NCBI RefSeq assembly: GCF_009834535.1
Contig: NC_045696.1
Span: 32,800,001-32,864,000 of the forward strand
Direction of reading: 5' to 3'
DNA from: Camelus ferus
Taxonomy: Eukaryota
DNA length: 64,000 nt
Position 1 is the first letter of the stretch. Every line of letters begins with the position of its first letter. A program made the position numbers and the translations under genes. The notes below the pieces were generated by a model. That model saw only the letters and a list, made by a program, of their open reading frames with translations. It ran no database searches and had not been told where the DNA came from. Shown in pieces: positions 40,141 through 53,290 of this stretch.

Positions 40141-43100
40141 AAGACTTCAGTGAGATGTATGTATTTGTCTTTTCTCTCTCCAAGAGACTGATTGCTAGTT
40201 GCAGACAAAGATCTTGTCTTAATCTTCTTCCACATCCATTACCCTGTGTAACACACTAATGGACATTAAATAAATACCCATTGATTCATGGATATTCAAG
40301 TGAGATGTACTGTTCAGTTGAACAGTTACAGAATCTGTCTGCAAAAAGGTCACCTAATTTACAGTATGTTTTCCTATTTCATAGGAAATATGGAGAGAAG
40401 AAAAATGTTTCAGTATAATGGGTCAGGACAAGAATATGGAAAAATAAAAGTGATACAGATCTAGAAACTGGCAATGTTAAGGCATGAAAACAGAGAGAAG
40501 AGGCATGTGATAACTTCGGTGTCTAAAATTGTATCTTGTGACATTTTGTTTCAGCTAAAATAGTCTAATCACCATTATTCTTTGCACATAAGGACTAAAC
40601 ACTTTGTGTTATACTTATTTGTTTACAGACAACTTGCCCCACAGGAAGGCTCCCTCCTCATAGCCCCAGCACGCAGCACACAGCAGTCAATCAGTACTTT
40701 TTTTGCTGATTGAATTAATGAATGCATACTGCCAATAATTAATCCTTTTCAACCTAAAACTTTTTTAAAAAGTCCTGGGTATAGGTAAGAACTCTTTTAA
40801 AATCCCAGCTGGGCAAGTCATTTTAATTTTAAACAATCTTCCTAAAGAATGTTCTTTCTCTGCCAGCATTGTCATTAGAACATTAGCGGTAATTAAAACC
40901 GTAAGTGGAAGTTCTAGATGACTGGGCAGCTGAAAAAGAACAATTAAGCATCATGGGCGGGAAGGAATTTACATTTTTTCACATAATCAAATGTATAGGT
41001 TTAAAAGAGGCATTGGAGGCCAAGGGGAACAAAATCAAAAATATATGTGTAAAAAGAAAGCCATCAAAAATAAGAGATAATGATAATGAATAGGACATTT
41101 ATCTTAAATTATTTCCATTTTTTCACTTTTTTAAAATACAAAATCCAAAATTAAAGGCAATTAAACAAAAATTATATCAAAGCCTGAATATTATTAAATT
41201 ATAAAACATAAGCTAGATAATTCTCTTACCCTTGTGGGTTATGAAATTACTAGAATGACTTGATTAAAATGGCCTTGCCATGCATGGTTACTTTCCTTTT
41301 ATCCTTCTTGTAAATGTGTAATACACCCAAAAAGAAAGTAGGGAGAAAAAAGAATGAATTGCTTAGAGAAATATGAAATATTTCTTCCATACAACAGAAA
41401 CTAGAAACTATGCAGTGAGATTGAAATAAATAATATTTACACTACTATTTTTTTTAGATTATGAGAAAATACACAGTGGTTCATCTAATATTTAGATGTT
41501 TTTAACAGAAAAATTTAAAAAGAAGGCAACAGTAAAATAGTAGGCAAATGCTATTGGTAATCAAAATAATTTAATGCTTGAAATTCCACTTTTATAAAAC
41601 AACAGAATAAACTTTTCTGGGTCATTGCTCAAGGACTAACTTCTCCAAGAGTCAACCTCCTCCTTTAGTGAATTTTAAATGCAGAAATGTAAAAGATACC
41701 ATTCCAATCTGTGGTGATGCTATTAAAAGTCTTAGAACCTAGGGAACTAGTGAATGAGACCAACTCAAACATGGGCACCTGACTGTGGAACTACCTGGTG
41801 TCTAGGATATAGTAGGACATGATGTTTATTAGAGATAAATTAAAAAATTACAACTCTGCAGAAAATATTCACCTATTTATTTACCCTAGTCATCCTGTAG
41901 GTAGAAAAACTAGAATTTTCTTCCAGATGCCATAATCCACCATCACCCTGTAAGTGCTTCTAAGATAATGTATGTGTGTGTGTGTCACGTCTCTAACTCA
42001 GATATCCACCTGAAGTCCTGGTTTTTCTGGGCTATTAATAATATGGATATGTCTTAGTAACTTCCCATATTGGCCCAGAATATTCTACTTTATGAATATA
42101 CTATGTAGAATTTACCAAATATTTGTAGTTAGAAGAAGTTTATATCATGTACTCATGGAAAACTTTTTTATCAGACTCCATTAAAATTCTTTCCTTGTCG
42201 TGCTCCCATGAAAGGTTTTCTCCTGGTTCTAGTCTACTCTCCCCTCCTTCTACCATGTCCTCTCGTTCACTATTCAGAATTACAGTTTTATCCCATCGAT
42301 TACCTTCCCACCCCAGTCAGCTTGCCGCCTAGCAGATAAAAGGGTCTACAGTGCAAGGAGCACCCTCCCTAGAACACAGTGAAATCACTATCTCTTGCCT
42401 CTCAAGCTCGCCATTGGGTCTCTTTCTGCAGCCCTTGCTGTTTCCCAAACTGTCTTGAAGATCCGTGCACTGCCCTGCAGAGGAGTTGGACAAATAAAAT
42501 ATACCCGTGTCATTGCAGGCTGATTATATTGCTCTTCCCCCGTTAATTTAAAATTTCATATTAAATCCAGAGGGTTCTAATTCAGTGATATGTAGATCTC
42601 CAACCTTCCCTTTTGACAGAATGAAGGATTTGTTCAAAAGGATTTGGGCAATATTTGCTTTTTTTTTTTTTTTTTTCTTTTCTTTCTGTAAAGACTTCAA
42701 GGATTTTAAAACATTTTCCTTTTCTTTCTTCATTTTAAGAAGCATTTTAATCTTAAGCAATCATACACTACTTAAACACTGATTAAGAGAGAGAGCAATG
42801 CAACACATTATAGTAGTTCACACTTATCCTTTAATTTCCTCCTCTTTGACAGTTCTGGGAATTGAAATATTTCACTTACAGTAATGGAAATTCTTTTCTC
42901 TTTGTGATAGTCTAGTGGCCTTTGGCAGTGAGAAAATATAAAGCTTGTATAGTTCCACTTAGGTAAGCATCATAAAAATAATATCTTTTAGAATATAAGT
43001 TTTTAGCCTATTATAGCATCATTATTTTAGATTCATTCCTTTCAGAAATCTGTGTTCCTCCATTTTATCTCCAAATATACAGGCAATAAACCACATATTC

Positions 43101-43575
43101 TGCAAGAATTATAAAGGAAAATAACATATATTTAGTTAACTACTCTGTACTCTTTCATAAAGGGTTTACTGGGTTTTGAACAGTTTCTCTAAACCTACTG
43201 TAAACATAACTTATTTAACCTAAGATAATGGAATACTGTCCCCATAGTAAGAGATTACCGCAAACTGTGTATTACCCATTGTTTCCTCAGGAACATTATA
43301 GAATATTTAAGATTTTCTTTTCTATTGCAGACCAGATCATTAAATCACTATCAGAAGCGTAATCAAGGATTATAGGCATCAACATACACTTAATCATGAA
43401 TTGTTTGGAAATGGCTAAATGCAAAACTTGAGATGTTAACTTAGGTTTCCCTCCTTTCGTATGCGTGAAGCCATGCCCTGGGACAGACCATGCAAGACAT
43501 TTTCTGAAGGATGGTCAGAGACATAGTAAAATATACAAGCCAAGAGGATGGACGCCTGAGAGTCAGGATCAGCAA

Positions 43576-44227
43576 TGTTGCTGGTAGATATAGCTGGTTT
43601 ACAGGTTCTTGTCTGGTCGCAGAAAGAATTCAGAGATGGGGCACAGAGGTCAAGAAAGTAAAGTGAGGATTTATTAAGGCATAGATAGTACACTCTCAAG
43701 GGGAGAGCAGGCAGGCTCAGGTGAGCGGCTGCCCAGAGTTTGGTAAGTTGGTTACATAGAATGTAAAAATGAATGGGAGGAATACTCATTGGGGAGGGAA
43801 GGGTTTGAGGGTCTATTCCCTGATTTTCATCCCAGTTCCACTTTCCCAAGGGGAGGAGGGATTTTTGTCCTTATTTAGTTTGGATTGGAAGTGTCATGGC
43901 ATCGGTGCATTATGGGTACTTCTAGTCTGCAACGGTAACTTTATTGAAATGAGGGCATCATGAGCAAAATGTTACATTCAGATACTGGAGATTCTTGCCT
44001 TTTCCCACCTTTTGGGGTGGCCTCCCTGCTGCTTGTCACTCCAGAATGTGTGACCACTTACCAGTCCATTGGTTCCTGCTTTTCTTTCTCTGTCCAGGGA
44101 CCCCCATTGTTTACATGATGTATGGTTTCCTGCATTCAGCCCATGCCCCTCCTTTTTGCCCAATTCTTGCCATTTGGCCTGTATCCCCCTTTCTCAGCTC
44201 GTATCTAGCTGTCTGCCTGCTCTAACA
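43576..44227 (-). mobile_element. ERV1-type solo LTR (full length, about 650 bp)
   Basis: TGTT...AACA termini; TTTATT at 43670-43675; the reverse complement aligns with 48161-48716. I could not identify a clean TSD. Confidence 0.85.
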
Positions 44228-44689
44228 TTAGTCACAGTATGGAGAAAAGCCCAAGGAATCTAAGACTAAGCAAGGGAGTTTTAGAGAACACTTGCAGCAG
44301 AGTTCTCAGGGCCTATGATAAACTCTGTTTTTTGTTGTGTAGACCCCAGGTTCCCTTGGTAGGTGTGCCTAGTTTATTTAAAGGGAAAAAAACAACAAAC
44401 TGGTGCTGATAATTTGTAATCAGTTCTCATAATAATATTCACATAAACTTCGAGCTTATGAGCATTTTGACACTGTTTTTTGGAGAAACTTCTGGCATCA
44501 GTGTTTTCTTTATTATTAACATATTTTAAATTCAATTAAATTTTATTTTTCCACCATCAGCAATGCAAATTAGGGGGAATAAACACCTTTGCTTACTTAT
44601 ACTTGCACTGTCAGCCAAAATAAAACAAAACAAAAAGCCTGATTTTACTTCCCTTATTTTGGGAATTATATTACATTTATGAATTACTT

Positions 44690-45070
44690 AGAAAAGTATT
44701 ATCATCTTTATAATATTCCTTCTTTCCAATCTATAAATGAATTTTTCATTCAGTTCTCTTTTCATTTAACCCACTCATGAATTAAATTTTGAAAACATAT
44801 CCTGTTCCTGTTATTTGCATTAATACTTAAGTAAATCTTTTGTCTATTGTATCTTGAGTGGTTTGGGTTTTTATATTGTGAATCTATTGACCTCAGTATA
44901 CTTATTAGGAATTGTAGAAACTTTGTTGAACTGTATATAATTTTAAGAGTTTTGATATATACTCCTTGACACTATTTACATGCTTAGTAGAAAGTTCATT
45001 TATTCATTCAAAATATTTCTTGATTACTTATTGTGCGCCATGCATTCTGTTGGATGCAGGAGATGCAGCA
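44690..45070 (+). repeat. Copy 1 of a ~380-bp dispersed direct duplication (old L1M fragment plus L2 3' end)
   Basis: Collinear with 46661-47035; exact anchors tgaatttttcattca (44738/46710) and tgtagaaactt (44913/46890). Confidence 0.85.
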
Positions 45071-46359
45071 GTGGAAATAATAATAAGCTTATTTATTGAT
45101 CTTACCATTAACTTTCAGTCCTAATGATTTTATATAGTTTTGTGTTAGCAATGGAGAAATTTCTGATGACCCATTGATGGGAAATAAACATGTTTCAGTT
45201 GAAAAATTACAGTCTGGAGCAACGTAATATCTCTGACTTTAGTACTGAAGGGGGTCTAGTGTGTTTTTCTAAAAGTGAAATCTTCTGATAAGTTGTGATA
45301 ACATTTGCTTAACTGCTAATTAATAGAACCTCTGTGTCATCATACTGCAATTGATGAAATATGCTAAAGGATAGATTGCTCATTAACCCCTCAGGAATTA
45401 TAGCTTTTGTTTATTCAAGTATATTACATTTAGCACAGTTTTCTTGTTATAAAATGCCATCTGAATATCCATTATCATTCAAACATAAGCAATTTAGTGA
45501 AATCATTAATGGGCTTAAATTAGTAAAAGTTGATGGCTTTCTAAAGTAAACTAACATTAGTGAATTGCTTTTCCAAAATATGTAAAGCAGTTTTGTTAGA
45601 GCCCACAACAGAAAAAAAAAAATGAATAAAACTATTCAACTCACATATTTCATTCACGTATTTTACTTGTGTCCTGCCCTGAGGAAGCCCAGATGGCTGA
45701 AATGTTGGCAGGTTTCTGCACCTGTAATGATAATAAACTGCTCTGTTATTACCTGAGGTTCGTGAGTTGAATACAGTTGCACCTTCCTCCGTGTTGTATG
45801 CAACCAGCGAATCAACAGTTTATATTGTATTTTTATAGGATTGGCAAATGTATCTTGCTGGATTTTGCTGAGTTCACTTTAGCAATAGAATGCCAGAGGC
45901 CACTAAAGCACCTTCATGCTGACACATTAATCATGTGCCAAAGCCTGACATGGAGTGGATTGTTACTACTATAATATATAGAAAAACACAAATAAATGGG
46001 CTATTTGATAGGCTAATAAACAAATGGATGCTTCTGACACACTGTAGAATGAGCTTAACTCCGTGTTAGTTACAGTTTTTATCGAATATCTGTGGACAAG
46101 AAGAATGTATTTGAAGGACTGAGTCAAAAAACTTTCCATTTTGCAATATTTTAGTGTGAAAATAGAGCATGCACATTGTATTATATTTGAGAGGTACAGA
46201 AATGATGAAAAGGGAGTAAGCCTCACCTACAGCCCCATCTCTGGTACAACCTCTGTTGACGTGTTAGTTTTTCTTCTTACACTAGGAAACATCACTAGGG
46301 ATTTATACAAGTTATATCGTGCTTTTCTGAAGTAACCTAAACATTTTCCTATGCCATTA

Positions 46360-46590
46360 AACATTCCTGCAAATTCCTCTTACCAAGAATCCTCCTCCAC
46401 CCCTAAACACTTTTTCTTTGTTCACTCAATTTTCTTTCTTCAAATCTGAGTTCAGTCGTCACTTTCTCAGGGGTGATTTTCCTGACTTTCCTTGCTAGAA
46501 CACTTTCCAATATTAAATGCCCTCAGAGCACCTCAGACATTTTCTTTGTAGTTCTTAGGTCAGTTTTCATGTTGTTCTTATTTGTGTGAG
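46360..46590 (+). mobile_element. L2 fragment
   Basis: tcttcaaatctgagttcagtcgtcactttctcaggggtgattttcctgac. Confidence 0.6.
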
Positions 46591-46660
46591 TTTTTGAAGA
46601 AAAAAAAAAAAAAGAATCAGTGGGATTTTGGCTTGAATTGCATCAAACTTATAAATCAAT

Positions 46661-47035
46661 TAGGAAAGTATTGTTATATTTATAATATTCATTCTGTCCA
46701 TTTCATAAGTGAATTTTTCATTCAATTCTTTTTCCATTTTCATTTAACCTACTCATGTATTAAATTTTAAAAACACCCTGTTCCTAAGTGATATTTGAAT
46801 TAATAATTGAGTGACTCTTTTATCTATTATATCTTGAGCTGTATATGTTGTATTATGACTCTGTTGACATTTGTATATTTATTATGAAGTGTAGAAACTT
46901 CATTGAACTCTATATAATTTCAAGAGTTTTGCTCTTGGACACTATATACTTAGTATCAAATTCATTCATTCATTCAAAAATATTTCTTAAGTTCTAACTG
47001 TGCCGTGCATTTTTTGGGATATGGGAGGTGCAGTA
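46661..47035 (+). repeat. Copy 2 of the ~380-bp direct duplication
   Basis: Same anchors as copy 1, offset about 1.97 kb. Confidence 0.85.
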
Positions 47036-47558
47036 TGAAACAAAAACCCCAAAAACCTTAGCTTCCAGGAAGGTTACAGATTAGTGAAGATATCAGATAA
47101 TAAGACAAATAATACTTACACTGTGTTATATGATGCATGTTTCATGGAGAAAAATAAAGCAGGAAAGAGGAATAGATACTTAGATACTTCGGGGGAATAA
47201 GATGGTCAGGAATGTCCTAAAGGAAGTGAGAGAAGTTGTTTTGTGCTATCGGGGAGAAAGCATCACAGAATAGCTTTGAGATGGGAATGTATCTGCTGTA
47301 CTCTTGGGACAGCAGCGAGATCAGTTCAGCTGGAGCAAAGTGAGCAAGGACGAGAGTAGTGTGATGGAAGCTCACAGAAGTAATGGTAGAAGGGAGGCAG
47401 ATTGTATAGGGTCAAATAGACCACTGTACACTGTAAGAATTTGAGGTTTTACTTTGAGTAGAACAGGAGGCCATTGGTGGGATCTGAGCATAAGAAATGA
47501 TGTGAGCTGGCTTGGGCAGGATCACTCTGGCTGCTGTGTTGAGAACAGACTATAGAGG

Positions 47559-47599
47559 GTTTATTAGGATTCTCTAGAAAAGCAGAACCAATAAGACAG

Positions 47600-47640
<41 letters not shown>

Positions 47641-48090
47641 CATACATACATACATACATACATACATACACACACAGACTGACTGACACACACACACACA
47701 CCTGAATATAGATATCCAGATGTAGACAGAGAGAATGAGAGGGAGACAGAGATCTGTGTAAAATGAGATTTATGTTAATAGATAGGCTCACACAACTATA
47801 AGATGTCCCATGATCCATCTGCTGTTTGCAAGCTGGAGACCCAAGAAAGCTGGCCAAAGAGCCAGAAAGCCAATAGTGTAGATTCCAATCAGAATCGGAA
47901 GGCCTGAAAACCAGAAGCACTGGCGGGAGGAAAAATCAATGTCCAGCTCAAATAGACAGGCAGAGATGAAATTTTACCAATTCAGATGTTAATCTCATCC
48001 AGAAACACCCTCACAGACATGCCCAGAAATAAAGTTTAACCAGATATCCAGGCATCCTTGGCCTAGTCAAGTTGACACATAACTATCACA
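47559..48090 (-). mobile_element. ERVL solo LTR (MLT2B-like) with internal microsatellite
   Basis: tattaggattctctagaaaagcagaaccaata...gcaagctggagacccaagaaagc...aatctcatccagaaacaccctcacagacatgcccagaaat...ctagtcaagttgacacataactatcaca. Confidence 0.88.
47601..47701 (+). repeat. Compound (GATA)10(CATA)n(CA)n microsatellite
   Basis: Directly visible. Confidence 0.95.
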
Positions 48091-48160
48091 CTGAGTAATC
48101 AGGTAACCACAAATATCAGTTAGGAGTCTCAGCAATGCAGGTGAGAAGTGTATGCAGCTT

Positions 48161-48716
48161 TGTTAGAGCAGGCAGATAGCTAGATACAAGCAGAGAAAGA
48201 AGGACACAGGCCAAATGGCAGGAACTGAGCCAAAAAGGAGAGGGACACAGGGCCAAATGCAGGAAACCATACATCATGTAAACAACAGAGGTCCCTGGGC
48301 AGACAGAGAAAAGCAGGAACCTCAGGACTGATGAGAAATCACACATTTGGGGGTGACAAGTGTCCTGGAGGCCGACAAAGAAAGGTGGGAAAAGGCAGGA
48401 ATTTCCAGTGTCCGAATGTAACCTTTTGCTTATTATGCCTTCATTTCAATAACATTAGCCTTGCAGATTAGAAGTACCCCATCATGTACTGACACCCTGA
48501 CCTTTCCAATCCAAACCAAACAATCAAAAATCCCTTCTCCCTTCAGGAAGGTGGAGTTGGGATGAAAATCAGGGAGTACTACCCTAAACCCTTCCCTCCC
48601 CAGTGAATATACCACCCATTCATTTTTACACCCTGTGTAACCAACTTGCCTAGGAAACTCAGGGCAGCTGCTCACCTGAGCCTGCCTGCTCTCCCCTCGA
48701 GAGTGTACTATCCATG
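48161..48716 (+). mobile_element. ERV1-type LTR, same family as 43576-44227, 3'-truncated
   Basis: Begins tgttagagcaggcagatagctagatac; ends ...gagagtgtactatccatg without AATAAA or the LTR 3' end. Confidence 0.85.
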
Positions 48717-50234
48717 AGATGGAGGAGTTTCTGGAGGAGAAGTCTGGGGAGGCACTCTAAGAATTCTGCTTCAATGTGTTAAATTGTAGATGACTCCTAA
48801 GCATCCCAGTAGAGCTGTGGTTGTATGTATCTTCTGGGGTTCAGGAGCTAGGTACAGGCTGCAGATAGAAATTCTTGAAGAAATGGTTATACATTCTTAA
48901 ACTTATTAGCCTAGGTTTTAGTCATTAGATATTTGTCAATGGTGGTAATAACAACAGAAATTCGACTTAATAAAAATTATTTGTCAGGTGCTGAAATATA
49001 ATGATGAATAAGAAATACTGTCCCGTCCCTCATCTGTCTTAAAGTACATTGGGATGGATAGGCCATTTAGCATTTGTTATGATTTATATTTCTTCTAATA
49101 AGTGAGAATAAGTCAAAGCTGTTAATATATGTAAGTCAAATATAACTTGAAAGAAAATTTAATATAACATGTCCTATTATATTATTAAAAACATATACAT
49201 TCAATTTCATCCCTCACCCCACTTTGACACTTTGTCCATGTGTCTGCTCAATCTATTCTGTGCTCCACAAGAGCGATAATTTTTATTAATAAATAGCATG
49301 AGCAAACAATTTTATAAGTTTTTCATTGTTTTTCAAAGCTATTTTCACTTTGGTGAAAGAAACAACTCTGATCATGATCCTGTGTGTTTTAGTCTCAAAA
49401 CTTTCTTTAGCTAATGATGCCTTACCTTATTTAAGTGACTTTGCTTTTACTGTTTTGTTTAGCAGTAAGATACAAACCATTTTGATCCTCACAATTAGGA
49501 TACATCTTATTTTCCTTTTAATTTCTTCACTGCTATTTATTTCTAAGTGCTTATCAAGGAACTACAATTTTATAATTGAATAATAAAAACAGTATATAAC
49601 GTCTACCTGATTAGATAATTCTAAACTGTTGGCATCCTGTATACTGTATACTTTCCACAGAATACTAAAGTTGAAAACTTAGAGAAAGCTTTTGAGTCAC
49701 AACTCATTGAATTATATTTCTAGAATATTTCCAAGCTTGTGCCAACATAGTGTACATTGTGGGCAGTGGTGACAATATTCGTTTACAAAATGAAAATAAT
49801 ATGAATTTATACTAATTTTATTTCATCTAGATTAATCATAACTTACTTTTTTGCATTATGCAGTTACTATTTTTAGTTACTCTGTTAATTGTCTCATATG
49901 AGTGATACCAGAATTTAATTTTATAGAAAGTAGATAGGAGTCACCAGATATCAAACTATTTTTTATAGATTAATTTGATTGTAAGATGAAATGTGAAATA
50001 TACAGTTAACACACTTGACCTTGATTTGATTTTTCAATGTATGAGAGCCAGTTTTCTCCTTTTTTCTTTTCCTTTCTTATATATTTTTAACTGAGGTGAA
50101 ATTTTTATTTAATTATTTTATGTTGAAAATTGGTCTTTGTCAAAAGAATACATTCCATGTTAAATGAAAGAAATGCATTTTAGAGAAGCGAGAGATCAAT
50201 AAGTTATTTTTGATGATGAACATAATTTCTCAAA

Positions 50235-51410
50235 TACTTTTTATTTTATTGTATTTTAAAAATACAAAAAAGCATGATGAATCATATAACAAACATCAGT
50301 GTTTGCCCTACCCAGCATCATAAAAATTGCTTTATTGTGCAATATTTGTTTCAGATTTTATATGAGAAAATAAAACTACACAAAATGAAGTCCCTGTTTC
50401 CTCATTCCTAATCATGTTATAGTCATTTTCTCCCACAAAATAGTTAAAGTCCTTAATTTTATGCTTATCATTTCCTGGTGAGTTTTATGTTGTTGCTGCA
50501 TATGTGTGTATCAACAAGCTATATCATTTTGCATCTTTCAAACATTATAAATAAAATCACATTGTATGTATTTTCCTGAAGTTTTGCTTTCTCAGTGGTG
50601 ATTTTGAGATTTATCCACATTAATTCAGTATTTACATTTATTAATTTTCACTGCTATCTCCTATTCCTATAGAGAAAAATACCATGTGTATCAATAATTT
50701 GTCCATAGAAATTTTACATTTGTAAGTAGTATTACGAGGAATGTTCTTATATATGTGAGAAGAATTTCTGTAGCATATTTACTTGTCTTTGGAAAATGGG
50801 AAACATTTAGTTAAAAAATGAGAATGTCTTCAACTTTTCTAGATATTCACTAGTTCTCTAAAGTATTCGTATCAATTTATAGCCTTATCAGCAAAGCATA
50901 ATGATCCTATTATTCATACTTTTGCCATTGCTTGCTTATACTATCAAACATTTAAATTATTAACAATTCCAGAAGTGTAAAACAGTTAATTTACATTTTT
51001 CTGACTGCAAGTGGGTTTGGCAATATTTTTCTACAAATCTTGGTTATTTCATTTTTTACTCTAGTCTGTTTATATACTTTGCCTAATTTTCTTTAAAGAG
51101 CATTTGTCTTTTTCTGATACATTTGTTTTTATGTATCCTGGATCCTAATTCTTTGTCACTTACATGTTTTGATAATATCTTATCCAATGGGCAATTTGTC
51201 CTTAACCATGGTTTTTCTTTTGTTTTACTGAGATAAAATTGGCACACAGCTGTCATTTATCATTTTTAATGTGTCTTTGGTTGAACTGAGGTTGTACATT
51301 TTAATGTTGTCAAATTTAGCAATGGTCTCTCTATGTTTTGTTCTATTGTCTTTTAAGAAAACTGTTGCTATTTGAAGTTACAAAAATATTTTCTACATTT
51401 TCTTCTGAAT
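50235..51410 (-). mobile_element. Ancient L1 (L1M-type) 3' region
   Basis: T-rich degenerate L1 3' motifs: ttttgagatttatcca, tcttcaacttttctagatatt, gtatcctggatcctaattctttgtc, attttaatgttgtcaaattta. Confidence 0.7.
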
Positions 51411-51454
51411 GAAGTATCTACCTATTGGCAATTTATTATTAATTTCTTTATCTA

Positions 51455-52950
51455 TAATTATTTATGGGCACCTCCTCTGCATTAGGTGCTATTCTAGGTA
51501 CTTGGAAATCATTTGTGAACACAACAGATATTCTGCCCTTTTAGAGCTTGAATCCTGCTGAATGGAGACAGAAAATAAAGGAGATGAGCAATTATCTCAT
51601 AATAACCCTAAGGAAAAAGAAAAAGAACAGGGAGAGTGAATGTGAAATAGTAGGGATGGAGTTAAAATTTTGAAAATGGTGGCAGGAGAAGCCTTTGCTC
51701 GAGGTGAAATTTGAGTAAAGACCTGGAGGGCATGAGGGAGTTAACCATTTCCAAGTAAAGAGCTTTTGTGTGAAGGAGAAGGCAGAGTGCCTACTAAATG
51801 AACAAAGATGAAGTAGCAAACGAGTGGAGAGTGGACTGGATCTCAAGGGCTTTGAAGATGAGGTTAAGGACTTCTAGTTTTCCTCTGAGTGAAAGGGCAC
51901 CCACTAAAGAGCTTTGAACAAAAGAGTAACTTACTCTGATTTATGTTATAATAGGGTCACTGGGATGCTATGTTCAGAATAGACTGAACAGGGAAGGGTA
52001 ATGTTTAGTAATCCAGGTAAGATATCAGGATGGCGTGGTCCATAGTGAATGTAGTAGAGATGAGAGGTGGTGAATTTGAGGCATATATTGAGTATAAAGC
52101 TGCCAGCATTTACTAATAGATTTGATGCCTTGTACGTGAAAAATCGAGGCATAGAACAACTCAAAAAAAATTTTTTTTTCCAAAATGACCATATGACTGG
52201 AGTTGTTAACTGAGATGTGGAAGACTAAAAGAGCTGGTTTGAAGTGGAAATGCTTTCAGGAACTCTGCTTAGGACATGTTAATTCTGAGCAGCTTTTGAG
52301 ATATTCAGTAGAGGTGTCAAGTTAGTTGAGTACATAGGTTGTAAATTCAGGGGGAAAGTCCAGATGGGAGATACAAATTTGGGAATTGTCAGCTATGGAT
52401 GACATTGAAGCTCTGAGACAAGATGAAATCATTCTATATGCAGATTATAGGCAGGAACAGGGGAATAGACTGAATTCTGTTAAACTCAAGTGCGATCTTC
52501 CCAAGTGAAGAGATTGAAGTAAAGAAGATGTGAGGAGGTTGTGAGTAAATACGAAGGAGTGATCTTGGTTGCGAAGTGCCCCCAAGAACCCCAAACAGCA
52601 CTTGACAATACAGATTTGCTGAGTGAATACATTTAGAAACTGACAGTGGATAAGGTAGGAAGAGGGGGAGGAAAGAGAGTGGGTGACATTGAAAGTGTGG
52701 TAGGATCAAAGGATTTAAGGTTCTGGTTGAATTAAAGGTGTCCCAGAGGGATGCACTGGAGAGATGAGTCAGCTGTCAGAAAGTAGGATGTGTGGAAAAT
52801 ATGGAAGGGCTGCATGTGTCGGTTATGATGAAGTGAAGAGCACATCCACGGAGAGTGGCTGAGGGAGGGTGGAGGGGGAGATTTTCAGAGGAGAGGAAGT
52901 CAAGGAACAATGAGCGTGATTGGAATGATTGCATAAAATTAAAATAACCA
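51455..52950 (-). mobile_element. L2 LINE, about 1.5 kb
   Basis: ttatgggcacctcctctgcattaggtgctattctaggtacttgga...tttgagtaaagacctgga...gagatacaaatttgggaattgtcagc. Confidence 0.8.
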
Positions 52951-53290
52951 GTTTCCTTCTATCTCAAGATTTATAAGTTTTTATCATGAATGTTACTAAT
53001 TTCAGAAAACACTCATGTATTTTGAGGGTTTTTCCCTTCTTTATACTTATTGGTATGGCAAAATACAGTGTTTGATTTTTTATATGTATGAACACCTTGC
53101 ATTATTGAAATAAACCCAAATTGGCAAGGATGTAATAATATCTTTTATATATATATATCTCAGTGGACTCAGTTTGCTAAATTTTTTTGTTTTGTTTTCT
53201 TTGCATTTATGTTCATGAGAGATTATCCTGTGACTTCCTTTTTAAAAGTACCTCTTCAGTTTTGGTATAGAATAGATACACTATGAGATA
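52951..53290 (-). mobile_element. Ancient L1M fragment
   Basis: tttccttctat...ttttatcatgaatg...ccttgcattattgaaataaacccaa...tttgcatttatgttcatgagaga. Confidence 0.65.

Larger units (their letters stand above)
46961..48880 (-). mobile_element. L2 LINE interrupted by MLT2 and ERV1-type LTR insertions
   Basis: ttcattcattcattcaaaaatattt (L2 tail) ... ggccattggtgggatctgagca...atcactctggctgctgtgttgagaacagactatagaggg; L2 resumes at 48091-48160 and after 48716. Confidence 0.75.

Noticed and set aside
43576..48716. Two LTRs as the ends of one provirus or a composite transposon
   Set aside because: The LTRs are inverted rather than direct, there is no PBS or gag/pol between them, the interior holds older L1/L2/MLT2 DNA, and the second LTR sits inside a collinear L2; these are independent insertions.
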